Assembly: GCA_002269645.1 (NCBI GenBank)
Contig: NIVC01000035.1
Span: 496,001-560,000 of the forward strand
Direction of reading: 5' to 3'
DNA length: 64,000 nt
DNA from: Macrostomum lignano
Lineage: Eukaryota
Shown here: positions 11,901 through 24,870 of the stretch, one piece after another
How positions within the stretch are numbered: the first letter of the stretch is position 1
Layout of the letters: every line of letters starts with the position of its first letter
Translations under genes and position numbers: made by a program
Notes under the pieces: model-generated
The model's database searches: none
Told to the model about the DNA's origin: nothing
What the model saw: the letters and a program-made list of their open reading frames with translations, nothing else

Positions 11901-14900
11901 AATTGGCGCCAAAGTCTCATCAATGGCGCTAAATCGGCGCCAAAATTGTACCAGTGGCACTAAATTGGCGCCAGTCTCACCTGTGGCGCAAACTTAGCGC
12001 CAAAGTCGTACCAGTGGAGCTAAATTGGCGCCAAAGTCTCACCTATGTCGCTAAATTGGTACCAAAATCCTAGAAAAAATAGTTTGATGTGTTGCCTATG
12101 TCGAATTATTAAAGAATTGAATTTTGAACTAAACCAAGTGGCATCATGATTCAGAGAGAAAAGTAATACTAGCAATTGCAAAGTCCAGAGCTTACCTCAA
12201 ACACGGCTTTGCTAAATTTCTTTCTATCCTTATAGATCTCTTCAACAGTCATGTTGCCCATAATAGCTCGCTGATGACCTTCCAGAGTTTCGCGAGCAAC
12301 CTCAGTAATCTCGTGCTCACTTTTTCCAAGAAACTGCTCGCAGGCAGAGGCAAGCATCTCCTGATTTTGGCCTTTGATTCGCAGCTGAGCAACCCCGGTG
12401 ACAGTGATTGGCACCCCTAATTGAGTGTAGATTCTTGGCGACTCAATCGTGATGGTCATGGTGTTCAGGGAGATGCGCTGCGCCTGTTGAATGCATGGCA
12501 GGACAAACTTCCTACCGCCAGGAATGAACATTGGCTTGCTGTGGCAGCAGCCTGTGTGTTGTGTAGGGGTTTAATTTCAAAATTTAATTCAATTCAATAT
12601 CACACTTTCTTTCATCTGTTTAAGACTCTACTTGGTCAAACTTCTGGATTTTGTGGCTTAGCCTATGTAACTTATTTGGCACTCCCTTATTTATATCTAG
12701 TTTTTTCTTTTAGGTCTCTTACATTTATTTGTCCTTATTTGTTTATCCAACTGATTTTAATTTGTTTTAATAGCACTAAGGCTTATGAACTCTATATTGT
12801 AATTAATATTTCTTTATTAACATACTATAATATGATTATACTATAAATACATTAATAGTAATTTAAAGCAGGTTTAAAAGCTTAAAAAGAATCAAAACAA
12901 AATTGTCTCACTAAAAAATGCTTATCTAAGTATAGCAAAATTTAAAGACATTTGAAATATAAAATTTGCATTCTTGTTTATTCTATAGGATAACAAACTA
13001 TTAAATTTCAACTTTAACTTTGAACTTTCTATTTCATTATTAAATATATCAATCTTTTTTAAAATAACTACTTAGTTCTTAACCATATATTTGTAATTAT
13101 CTAGCTATTCTATATATTAAACAAACATTGTTATTACACAAATTTATTCTAAAATAAGCTAGTTCTATTGTAAGGCAAAAGACAGCACTCAAAATTCATG
13201 CCTGACAAAAAGGAAATCATGAATTTTCATATGTAGGCACAATAAAAGTGTTTGTCCAACCTCTAATTTTAGTTGAAAAAATCCTTTTTTAGAATTTAAG
13301 GGATATAGAAGCCAGGGTCTGAATTGTGTATTAGTGCAGCTAGAAAGAAAGAAAGAATTTTCTAAATCACTTTAGTAGAAGCTAAGTAAAATGCAATTTT
13401 CTAATCCTTACAAGAATTTGTATGCTTAAATAATAAACTTACATTGAATACAGTACTTATTGTAAATGAACTCTACAAAATATACATTGTCAATACAATA
13501 GTAATAAAAATGGTAAAACAATATTCAATAAACCCTTGAAAAGAATGCTAAATATGTTATAGTATTATAGAATACAATATCATTTGATACCTAACTAAAG
13601 TTAATAAATATATTATTAGAGCTTTTCTATCATTTTTAATAGAGTCATTTTAGTTGTAATTTAATTTGCCATTTAAACAAATCATTTTATTAAATATAAG
13701 GCTACACATGAATAATTTGTGTTTTTATAAAGGCAGTGCTTATTTAGCCGGCACCGGCCGAATAAGTTCGCTACTATTTAGCCGGCAGTCCTGCCCCACT
13801 GCCGGTCAAATAATTGCGTCACTATTTAGCCGGCAATCCTGGCCCCCAATGGCCACGCCCATATATATATATTTATTTGAGATATTTAAACTTTGGGCAA
13901 TACAAAGTATAGGTAAAGCGAATATAAATCAATGCAGATTCAGTACAATTTATTACTTGCCTTCAAGTTTGTTTAATTGTTTCTAGAAGTCTTGCATATT
14001 CCGGAAATTATTTGTAGCAGCAGAAGACACATTAACAATTAAAAAATTAATTATGCATGTTTTACTTTCACTTTAATCTCTGAATCAAAAAACTCCAAAA
14101 TTGTAGGATAAATAATTAGCTTGTAGTATGTTAAATTATTAATTTAAGGTCATGACGAGCAGTGCGCAGTTATAAAATGTATAAATGTATTTTGACCAGC
14201 GTGGCCATTGGGGCCAGGACTGCCGGCTAAATAGTGACGCAATTATTTGACCGGCAGTGGGGCAGGACTGCCGGCTAAATAGTGACGCGATTATTTGACT
14301 GGCAGTGGGGCAGGACTGCCGGCTAAATAGTGACGAGCTTATTTGACCGGCAGTAGGGCAGGACTGCCGGCTAAATAGTGACGAGCTTATTTGACCGGCA
14401 GTGGGGCAGGACTGCCGGCTAAATAGTGACGAGCTTATTCGGCCGGTGCCGGCTAAATAGTAGCAAACTTATTCGACCGGTGCCGGCTAAATAAGCACTG
14501 CCTTTTATAAATGTCTAACTTTTTTAAACTCAAAAAAATATTTTATAGTTTTATTGCTTTCAAATTACCAAAAAACAAATTTTCAAAAAACTTGCCCCTA
14601 ATTTTTGGATTTTGCCATATATGTATGTCAGAAACTCAGAATGTAGCTTTGGGGTAATTTTTTTACACAGTTAGTATACACTATATCACTAGCAAATACT
14701 CTATAGGCCTATTCTGAATTATTCTAGCATTTTCTGCATTATCTGCATTCTTCACTATGCCATGGCATGCTATGAAATGCAAGGGATACAGATTACTAAG
14801 GCAAGGCCAGGATAAGGTGTGGTTGCTTTGGGAATATTATTCACATAAATATTTAAAAATAAACAAATCAAAATTAAAAAATTAACTCAAAGCTATTAAT

Positions 14901-15066
14901 GTTATTCTAATGTCTGTGTTTAGGCCTAGAATCCTATGCCTATTACTATTATTAGCATTAGGTATCATCTAAGTCTAAGCTAAGCCTACCTAAAGGTATT
15001 CTATTATGGCTTACCAGAGATCACAAGAGCCTCATTAGGGCCGCATGTTTGAAATCCACAGGGCAT
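5901..15066 (-). CDS. FLOT1: Flotillin-1 (SPFH/band-7 family), 4 coding exons, 432 aa
   Basis: complement(join(5901..6386,11144..11548,12196..12551,15015..15066)) = 1299 nt, all introns GT-AG with compatible phases (1,0,0). The protein reads [49 protein letters not shown]...[11 protein letters not shown]-like [25 protein letters not shown]...[21 protein letters not shown]...[19 protein letters not shown]...[17 protein letters not shown]. The EGHQRAI and [16 protein letters not shown] motifs are flotillin-1 type. Confidence 0.97.
6621..6974 (+). mobile_element. 5'-truncated RTE-type non-LTR retrotransposon 3' end, in flotillin intron 3 (antisense to host)
   Basis: Translation [32 protein letters not shown]...[10 protein letters not shown] matches the RR.RL..AGH..R C-terminal motif of RTE ORFs. 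No RT core upstream. Confidence 0.75.
9200..9760 (+). mobile_element. Decayed hAT transposase fragment (C-terminal dimerisation region)
   Basis: Across a frameshift the text reads [19 protein letters not shown] / [20 protein letters not shown], matching the hAT pattern W..v....Y..La.la...L.lPhgnad.Er.FS. Stops are present. Confidence 0.55.
10890..11130. repeat. 33-bp minisatellite (gcacagttgagtcataaaactcaaaacccctcc)
   Basis: Tandem units start just inside the 5' splice site of flotillin intron 3. Confidence 0.9.
11590..12070. repeat. Degenerate ~28-bp GGCGCC-core minisatellite (tatgacactaaattggcgccaatctcac)
   Basis: Fills most of flotillin intron 2. Confidence 0.85.
13729..14505. mobile_element. 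Non-autonomous foldback/MITE-like element with internally repetitive terminal inverted repeats
   Basis: The left arm 13729-13858 (aaaggcagtgcttatttagccggcaccgg...) is the inverse of the right arm 14199-14505 (...ccggtgccggctaaataagcactgccttt). The right arm has 48-bp units at 14221, 14269, 14317 and 14365. The 340-bp spacer is AT-rich and non-coding; tat flanks both ends. Confidence 0.85.
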
Positions 15067-17394
15067 CTTTTTGTTCGTGAAAAATAAATATTAAAAATAA
15101 GCTTTTAACACAATGCAGCTAATAATAATGACAGTACCCAAGTGTGTCACTAGTGTCAGTGTCAGTGCAACAGGATTTGAACCACGTTACGTTACTGCTC
15201 ACGTAGTTTTTTAATGCAATATCTTATAAAAATGGTACATTTAGGTATTTTAAAATTAGCAATCGCGAGAAACTTTTAAAAAGGGAGTTACTTATCTCTT
15301 CTATCATTAACGTTAAAAAACCTAAGCGAGCTAAAAAGTTAAATAAAGCTTACTTTTTAACAATTTTGTCTACATGATTACATAATTTTTGTTTTTTTCA
15401 GTCTTTATATGTCGTTTCCGGAAACAATATTTACGTCCACATGCCGCTATGGTAAAGTTATGCAAACGAAAAAATTACTGAAATAATTTGTTAAAAGAAG
15501 CCAAAATCGTATAATTACTTGATTTTATGAATCTATGGCCAATTAAGTCGCAGGTTTCTGGATGTTATCCAATAAATTTTCGTTGGTTGAGGAGAGCTAG
15601 CTTATCAGGCCGTACATGATGCAGTTCATGATGTCAACTCTTGCTGTTTTAGAGTTTTTTAGTTTTATTTTGTTGGGCGCTCCTATTGCTACAAATTATC
15701 TCCTAGATGGTCGCTCGGCACCTCTTTCTCCCTTTCCCCATCTCTTGGTCAGCGTACGTACCTAACCCTGCTGCATCATCCTGCATGCTCTCCTCCGGCC
15801 ATGGCGGCCATCAAAAGGAGATGCAATTTTTTGAGTAGACAGTTTAGACGATGATAATAAACATACAAATTTGCAAGGCTGCATTACAATACTACAGCTG
15901 TAGTTAATTGTTTTTAGGCCTTTTGCCTTTGAATTGCTACAAACAAATGTTTTTCGGTTCAGTGGACGTATTAATTTCTGCTGCAAGCATCTGATCAGTA
16001 CTAATTATATCAGACAAATTCATGCAGTTGTACATGTCTCGTATCAGATCGATCGGGTCCAGAGATCATAGGATCCAAACTGCATGGATCTATTAGTTTT
16101 TGGTGGTATTATACGCGACCGGCAAGACTTGAGGGGGAAAAATAAAATTCAAATGACAAAAGGATCCAGAGTATATACATGTAATGTACCATATGCATGC
16201 ATTATTACTATACGCAAATATAGTATGCACGTACATACATGTAGACCGCTTTTTGTTTTACTACACTCAAGCCGCTACAAAAAACGCTTTGCTGACTGCA
16301 CAGCATGCAGAGTATGCACTGGCGTTGGCTACATGTTGTATGCATACGTATTACCTTTTTATCGTGCGCTTTTGCTGCGTTCAAGGCGCATGCCTCCCCA
16401 GTTTTGTGCTGTTCTAGCTTCCTATTCCCATTTAGAAAAATAGAAAGGCGCTCGAGTATTCTCGTACCGCTATATGCATTCGGCACTGCACAGCCACCCC
16501 CAACACCGACCGAGCTTCCAAAGCCCGTGACATCGATACAGTTTGCTGTAATTCTTGTCCCTGGGGCGATTGCAGCCGGGTGTGGGAAAAACTAAGCCCC
16601 TGCACTGCAGCCGATAACCCACCCAACCAGCCAACCAGCTACACCCAACATCCCCAGAAGGAAATGACTTCACTCGCGAGCTGTTTTTATTAAAGGAAGC
16701 TACATATACACACAGCTCGATCCGGTCTTCGACTAGCTTATAATAAAAAAAATATTGGTTTAATTAGAAAGAAGGGAAGAGACCACGGAGCGCCTGCAGA
16801 GCTACAGGAGCCTTCGACTCTAAAATGGGTACATAAATAAATTCCCCCCCCCCCTAGAGGGGAAATATTGGGAATTAACAGTGTAGCAATGACCATGGGG
16901 TTAGAAGGAGCGGGCATGGGCAAGCGCGCTTAGGGTGGCATGTCTTCCAGGCAAGATCTCGTGAATTTCTGCGATTTGAAAGCTTTTAATAATTTTTGTT
17001 ACTTGCTTGAAGCTTGCTCGTTGTTTTTTCTGCTTTTAAATCCAAGAAATGCAACAGTTTGTAGCTTTCTAGAAATTGTGAATTTTTAGTTTCTTCAGTT
17101 ACTTTGGTTATTGAATTAAATAGGGATTGGAACGTCCTCGTGTCAATAACCAGGGGGCTGAGAGAGACCTGCATGGCACTGCATAAGATGTAGAACACTG
17201 CCATCTCTCAAAAAATGCTCAACTGCTATTAAGAACCAATCCATGATGGAGGTCCAAGTGTCGAAGAACCCCCATGAAAGAAGTAGTCGGTGCTACAAAA
17301 ACACAAAGATATCGCCTTTGGCACTTTATTAATTAGGTTTATTTAGGGTAATTACTGATAAAAAACGGATTTAGGGTAATTATGGACAGATTGA

Positions 17395-17695
17395 GGGCAC
17401 GTAATGACGGATTGAAACTAATTAATGACGGATTGAAGGTAATTAATGACTGATTGAGGGTATTAATGACGGATTGAAGCTAATTAATGACGGATTGAAA
17501 GTAATTAAGGATGAATTGAGGATAAGTAAGGATGGATTGAGGGTAATTAAGGATGAATTGAGGATAAGTAAGGATGGATTGAGGGTAATTAAGGATGAAT
17601 TGAGGATAAGTAAGGATGGATTGAGGGTAATTAAGGATGAATTGAGGATAAGTAAGGATAGCTTGAGAGTAATTAACGACGGATTCAAGCTAATC
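17395..17695. repeat. 21/42-bp minisatellite (ggattgagggtaattaaggatgaattgaggataagtaaggat)
   Basis: Tandem units visible. Confidence 0.85.
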
Positions 17696-18398
17696 AGTAG
17701 GTAAATAAGGACGGATAGAAAGTAATAAATATTGTGCTGTGATAAGGGATGGATAAGGAGTAACTCGTAATTGACGGCATTTGATAAGTGTTTCGAGTGT
17801 GTTTATGGATAAGCGCAATAATCAAAGACGTTAATAAAGGGTTAATAAAGAAAATAGGATCTCTAAGGCCAGATTGACGGTAATCCCTAAAAATTTGTAC
17901 GAAGTATCTCTGCTTTAAAAATAAACAGCAATAAATATCGGCCTTAATTGCAATAGTCATTTGTACTTTTTGTAGAAGCCTAAATGCATAAGGCAACGCT
18001 TCCATCCAGTCTACCATGTATTATTGTATTTAAACGCCTTATCAAACAAGTCTAAGTAAAACTGTTCTTTTCTTATCAAAGTCCTACTGGCCAATCAGAG
18101 GCTTGACTAGAATGGGGACGAAAATCAAAACCAACCGTACAATGGAAAGATGTACATGCAGCTAAAAGGCTAACCAAGAGACCCCCCACAGAAGAGCAAT
18201 GTACATTCTGCAATGGGGGAGGGTTAAAAATGGAAGGAGAAGGACCAATGAGCGACGACTTCAGCTGGAAGAAGCGGCACACAGCCGATCAATAAAAAAG
18301 TTTAACAATAAAAACCAGTTGATATTTAACTTCTCGATCAGACAACTCTCAGGTAGCTACGAAACGAAAGCGCCTAAAAATTCTCAGAAACAAAAAGC

Positions 18399-19558
18399 AT
18401 GTCGTCAAGTGCTGAACGCAACAAAAAAGGCTGCGGCTACCACATCTCGACTGGACTGTCAAGGACGTCGCGCATTCTGGCATTGATCACGGCTTTATGT
18501 GTAGCAGCCACTCTTCTCTACGTGTTCGTCCTGCTGGTACCAGCTTGGAGAATTGTTCACGTTGATTCCCAAAGAATCGGAGCTCTTCTAACCAACAGCA
18601 GCAGCAGCAATGAAGAGATTCGCAAGCAACAGGAGGCGCTAAGTAAGGATCCTCTGCTGCGGAACAGAACCGCAAATGCGTTTCGCGAATGTCTGCAATC
18701 GCGACAGTCACTAGGATCGAAGCGTACTCAATCAATAAATTCGACAAGCAAAGTGGAGCGCCAAGCTGATGAGAAGAAGCAAGAACAGCAAGAGCAGCAG
18801 TCGTCAAGCAATGCTACTGAACTAATGAGCAACGTGCTGGAGATTCTGGCTGGCTTCGTCAATGCTACAAATAAGGACGGTAGAAACCAGTCTGTGAAGG
18901 TAGGGAATTCGTTTTCATTTGATTGAGTCGATTGGCTCCATTTAAATATAAACATTTACTGTTGTTCAAAAATGGTTTCACACAGGTCGCGGAGAACACA
19001 TCGTCAGACCACTGCTGGTTCATCGACCTTCGCTGGTCCTCCAGCTCGCCAGAGACCTCCGACGGTAGTCAGCTCGGCCAACGCTACCTGGACTGCCTTC
19101 GAGCGATCTTTCTGCTGGCCGTGGGCCTCCTGCTCTGTCACTGCCTCAGCCTCACTGGAACTCTCTACGCCTGCTTCTCAAGCAGACTGCCTCGCCCATG
19201 CTTCATCGTTCTGCTCACTTCTCACAGCCTCATCCTCAGCCAGCTAGTCGCGGCCGCTATCCTTCAGGACGTCTCAACCGGTCTGGAGTCTCGACGGCTT
19301 CAACAACTCCTCGATTCGGCCGGATTCCCTTCGGCTGCAGGCGACGCCGTGTCGGTTGCCAGGGGCAACTGGTGTCTGGCCTTTCTCTGCTTACTGTGCT
19401 GCCTGACCGCCGTTCAGATGATCCTGCTGATGCTGCTGGCTCCCGTTGGCAAGTCCGGGATCTACAGGCCCAACTCTGACGCTGCCACTGCAGCCATGCC
19501 TGACAAAGCTGGCACGGATGAATGCGACGCTACTGAGGACACAAATCCTCTGATCTGA
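18399..19558 (+). CDS. Four-transmembrane protein, claudin/PMP22-like topology, 2 exons, 357 aa
   Basis: join(18399..18899,18986..19558) with an 86-bp GT-AG phase-0 intron. Four hydrophobic segments: ILALITALCVAATLLYVFVLLVPAW, IFLLAVGLLLCHCLSLTGTLYACF, CFIVLLTSHSLILSQLVAAAIL, WCLAFLCLLCCLTAVQMILLMLL. A Trp follows TM1 and the first loop contains Cys. The gene model is solid; the family call rests on topology only. Confidence 0.75.
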
Positions 19559-19834
19559 TCCGATCTCTTATTGATGATGATAGCTCTAAATGAACCTGCG
19601 CAGTCTCTTGCATAGCAACTATAGAGTGATTTATTTTTTTTTCAATATTGCCTAAGCAAACAGTTCGTTCATTTAGAAACCAATCTTGCCTATTTAATAT
19701 AAAATTCTGAAACATAAATATATTCTGTTCGAGCGTTTAATTAGTTCCGTTCTGTTCGTTTTCGATTATTAAAATATCAATAACCTGTTCTCTTGAATTT
19801 GTTATTTCTTTGTCGGCTGCTTAAAGGCCTGGTC

Positions 19835-20030
19835 TAAGCACCCCCTGCTGAACTCTAAGCGCCCCCTGCTGAACTCTAAGCGCCCCCTGCTGAACTCTAA
19901 GCGCCCCTGCTGAACTCTAAGCGCCCCCTGCTGAACTCTAAGCGCCCCCTGCTGAACTCTAAGCGCCCCTGCTGAACTCTAAGCGCCCCTGCTGAACTCT
20001 AAGCGCCCCTGCTGAACTCTAAGCGCTCCT
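19835..20030. repeat. 20-21-bp minisatellite (aagcgccccctgctgaactct)
   Basis: Tandem units visible. Confidence 0.9.
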
Positions 20031-20059
20031 TTGTTGCATTCTAGGCGATTCTAAATATC

Positions 20060-22680
20060 TGACACTCTGTTAAACGCCTCTAACGCTCATTCTATAGCAT
20101 CTGACACTCATTCTACAGCATCTGACACTCATTCTACATCATCTGACACTCATTCTACAGCATCTGACACTCATTCTACAGCATCTGACACTCATTCTAC
20201 AGCATCTGACACTCATTCTACGGCATCTGACACTCATTCTACAGCATCTGACACTCATTCTACAGCATCTGACACTCATTCTACAGCATCTGACACCCAT
20301 TCTACAGCATCTGACACTCATTCTACGGCATATGACACTCATTCTACAGCATCTGACACTCATTCTACGGCATTTGATACTCATTCTACAGCATCTGACA
20401 CTCATTCTACGGCATATGACACTCATTCTACAGCATCTGACACTCATTCTACAGCATCTGATACTCATTCTACAGCATCTGATACTCATTCTACAGCATC
20501 TGACACTCATTCTACAACTGACACTCATTCTACAGCATCTGACACTCATTCTACAGCATCTGACACTCATTCTACGGCTTTTGATACTCATTCTACAGCA
20601 TCTGACACTCATTCTACGGCATCTGACACTCATTCTACAGCATCTGACACTCATTCTACAGCATCTGACACTCATTTTACAGCATCTGACACTCTGTTAA
20701 ACGCCTCTGACCCTCATTCTACAGCATCTGACACTCATTCTACAGCATCTGACACTCATTCTACAACTGACACTCATTCTACAGCATCTGACACTCATTC
20801 TACAGCATCTGACATTCATTCTACAGCATCTGACACTCATTCTACAACTGACACTCATTCTACAGCATCTGACACTCATTCTACAGCATCTGACACTCAT
20901 TCTACGGCTTTTGATACTCATTCTACAGCATCTGACACTCATTCTACGGCATCTGACACTCATTCTACAGCATCTGACACTCATTCTACAGCATCTGACA
21001 CTCATTTTACAGCATCTGACACTCTGTTAAACGCCTCTGACCCTCATTCTACAGCATCTGACACTCATTCTACAGCATCTGACACTCATTCTACAACTGA
21101 CACTCATTCTACAGCATCTGACACTCATTCTACAGCATCTGACATTCATTCTACAGCATCTGACACTCATTCTACGGCATCTGACACTCATTCTACGGCA
21201 TCTGACACTCATTCTACAGCATCTGACACTCATTCTACAGCATCTGACACTCTGTTAAACGCCTCTGACCCTCATTCTACAGCATCTGACACTCATTCTA
21301 CAGCATCTGACACTCATTCTACAACTGACACTCATTCTACAGCATCTGACACTCATTCTACAGCATCTGACATTCATTCTACAGCATCTGACACTCATTC
21401 TACGGCATCTGACACTCATTCTACAGCATCTGACACTCATTCTACAGCATCTGACACTCATTCTACAGCATCTGACACTCATTCTACAGCATCTGACACG
21501 CATTCTACGGCATCTGACACTCATTCTACAGCATCTGACACTCATTCTACGGCATTTGATACTCATTCTACAGCATCTGATACTCATTCTACAGCATCTG
21601 ACACTCATTCTACAACTGACACTCATTCTACAGCATCTGACACTCATTCTACAGCATCTGACACTCATTCTACAACTGACACTCATTCTACAGCATCTGA
21701 CACTCACTCTACGGCATCTGACACTCATTCTACAACTGACACTCATTAAACAGCATCTGACACTCATTCTACAGCATCTGACACTCATTCTACAGCATCT
21801 GACACGCATTCTACAGCATCTGACACTCATTCTACAGCATCTGACACGCATTCTACAGCATCTGATACTCATTCTACGGCATCTGACACTCATTCTACAG
21901 CATCTGACACTCATTCTACGGCATCTGACACTCATTCTACAGCATCTGACACTCATTCTACAGCATCTGACACTCATTCTACAACTGACACTCATTCTAC
22001 AGCATCTGACACTCATTCTACAGCATCTGACACTCATTCTACAGCATCTGACACTCATTCTACAGCATCTGACACTCATTCTACAGCATCTGACACTCAT
22101 TCTACGGCTTTTGATACTCATTCTACAGCATCTGACACTCATTCTACGGCATCTGACACTCATTCTACAGCATCTGACACTCATTCTACAGCATATGACA
22201 CTCATTCTACGGCAGCTGACACTCATTCTACAGCATCTGATACTCATTCTACAGCATCTGACACTCATTCTACAACTGACACTCATTCTACAGCATCTGA
22301 CACTCATTCTACAGCATCTGACACTCATTCTACAGCATCTGACCCTCATTCTACAGCATCTGACACTCATTCTACAGCATCTGACACTCATTCTACAGCA
22401 TCTGACACTCATTCTACAGCATCTGACACTCATTCTACAGCATCTGACACTCATTCTACAGCATCTGACACTCATTCTACAGCATCTGACACTCATTCTA
22501 CAGCATCTGACACTCATTCTACAGCATCTGACACTCATTCTACAGCATCTGACACTCATTCTACAGCATCTGACACTCATTCTACAGCATCTGACACTCA
22601 TTCTACAGCATCTGACACTCATTCTACAGCATCTGACACTCATTCTACAGCATCTGACACGCATTCTACGGCATCCGACT
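20060..22680. repeat. 21-bp minisatellite (gacactcattctacagcatct), 2.6 kb, with higher-order blocks
   Basis: Tandem units with recurring 18-bp and junction variants; source of the MSVRCCR and LTLILQH ORFs. Confidence 0.95.
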
Positions 22681-23229
22681 CAGGTCTACAAAAGCTTAAC
22701 GTTTATTTAATTAAAATAGTCACACATACTTGTTTACCATACCGGGCAAAATTACGAGTACCAATGGCATAAATACAATGCATGGGAAACCAAAAATTAG
22801 TTTCTATGCATGGGAAGAATAGCCGTTACCCGCACTAATTGATCCCGATCCTCTCAATCTCTGCAGCAGAAATTTCCTGAGGGAAGCCACTAGGAGATCC
22901 TATTACAGGGCCAAGTCTGGGACTTTATTATTGCACCCCTTACTAGCAAACCGAAAGCATTAAAAATCAGAATTTGAATTCTGCAAACTATAAAACAGCG
23001 GTCTCCGACTCTCTTTAGACGTCGAAATCCTAAATTTAGGTCATTAATAAAATACAGCAAGCTATGGCTATATTAAAGTAATTCTTATATATATACCCTG
23101 GTAGTTTTAACCAGACAAATGGGGTCTGCTCTGTCTGTATGACTAAAATTTTGTTTCTTATTGAATCCAGCAAATTTTCTATAGTTAGGATTAATTGCAG
23201 TTCACTCTTTTATTAATCCTAACTTCACG

Positions 23230-24870
23230 CAGTTGACCCTTTGATCTCCGCCCTCTACTTTCCGCCCCTTAATCTCCGCCCTCTACTTTCCGCCCCTTAA
23301 TCTCCGCCCTCTACTTTCCGCCCCTTAATCTCCGCCCTCTACTTTCCGCCCCTTAATCTCCGCCCTCTACTTTCCGCCCCTTAATCTCCGCCCTCTACTT
23401 TTCGGCCCTTAATCTCCGCCCTCTACTTTTCGGCCCTTAATCTCCGCCCTCTACTTTTCGGCCCTTAATCTCTGCCCTCTACTTTTCGATCCTTAATCTC
23501 CGCCCTCTACTTTCTGCCCCTTAATCTCCGCCCTCTACTTTTCGATCCTTAATCTCCGCCCTCTACTTTCCGCCCCTTAATCTCTGCCCTCTACTTTTCG
23601 ATCCTTAATCTCCGCCCTCTACTTTCTGCCCCTTAATCTCCGCCCTCTACTTTTCGATCCTTAATCTCCGCCCTCTACTTTCCGCCCCTTAATCTCCGCC
23701 CTCTACTTTCCGCCCCTTAATCTCCGCCCTCTACTTTTCGATCCTTAATCTCCACCCTCTACTTTCCGCCCCTTAATCTCCGCCCTCTACTTTCCGCCCC
23801 TTAATCTCCGCCCTCTACTTTTCGGCCCTTAATCTCCGCCCTCTACTTTCCGCCCCTTAATCTCCGCCCTCTACTTTTCGATCCTTAATCTCCACCCTCT
23901 ACTTTCCGCCCCTTAATCTCCGCCCTCTACTTTCCGCCCCTTAATCTCCGCCCTCTACTTTTCGATCCTTAATCTCCGCCCTCTACTTTCCGCCCCTTAA
24001 TCTCCGCCCTCTACTTTCCGCCCCTTAATCTCCGCCCTCTACTTTTCGGCCCTTAATCTCTGCCCTCTACTTTTCGGCCCTTAATCTCCGCCCTCTACTT
24101 TCCGCCCCTTAATCTCCGCCCTCTACTTTCCGCCCCTTAATCTCCGATCTCTACTTTCCGCCCCTTAATCTCCGATCTCTACTTTCCGCCCCTTAATCTC
24201 CGCCCTCTACTTTCCGCCCCTTAATCTCCGCCCTCTACTTTTCGGCCCTTAATCTCCGCCCTCTACTTTCCGCCCCTTGATCTCCGCCCTCTACTTTCCG
24301 CCCCTTAATCTCCGATCTCTACTTTCCGCCCCTTAATCTCCGCCCTCTACTTTCCGCCCCTTAATCTCCGCCCTCTACTTTTCGGCCCTTAATCTCCGCC
24401 CTCTACTTTCCGCCCCTTGATCTCCGCCCTCTACTTTCCGCCCCTTAATCTCCGATCTCTACTTTCCGCCCCTTAATCTCCGCCCTCTACTTTCCGCCCC
24501 TTAATCTCCGCCCTCTACTTTCCGCCCCTTAATCTCCGCCCTCTACTTTCCGCCCCTTAATCTCCGCCCTCTACTTTCCGCCCCTTAATCTCCACCCTCT
24601 ACTTTCCGCCCCTTAATCTCCACCCTCTACTTTCCGCCCCTTAATCTCCGCCCTCTACTTTCCGCCCCTTAATCTCCGCCCTCTACTTTCCGCCCCTTAA
24701 TCTCCGCCCTCTACTTTCCGCCCCTTGATCTCCGCCCTCTACTTTCCGCCCCTTAATCTCCGCCCTCTACTTTCCGCCCTCTACTATCCGCCCTCTACTA
24801 TCCGCCCTCTACTATCCGCCCTCTACTATCCGCCCTCTACTATCCGCCCTCTACTATCCGCCCTCTGCCT
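23230..24870. repeat. 28-bp minisatellite (ccttaatctccgccctctactttccgcc) ending in a 14-bp array (ccgccctctactat)
   Basis: Tandem units visible. Confidence 0.95.

Noticed and set aside
16986-17204. 72-aa minus-strand ORF
   Set aside because: No motif, a stop immediately upstream and no linked exons found.
20139-22710. Long ORFs MSVRCCR.. and LTLILQH.. (also SIYL, QIPIPDPYP, NNRHNKQ, RLGDETL and PTPQDLRS ORFs)
   Set aside because: They are translations of tandem repeats that lack stops in some frames, with no coding context.
20060-24870. CRISPR-like appearance of regular 21-36-bp repeats here and elsewhere
   Set aside because: Units are head-to-tail with no unique spacers, there are no cas genes, and the context is an intron-containing animal genome.
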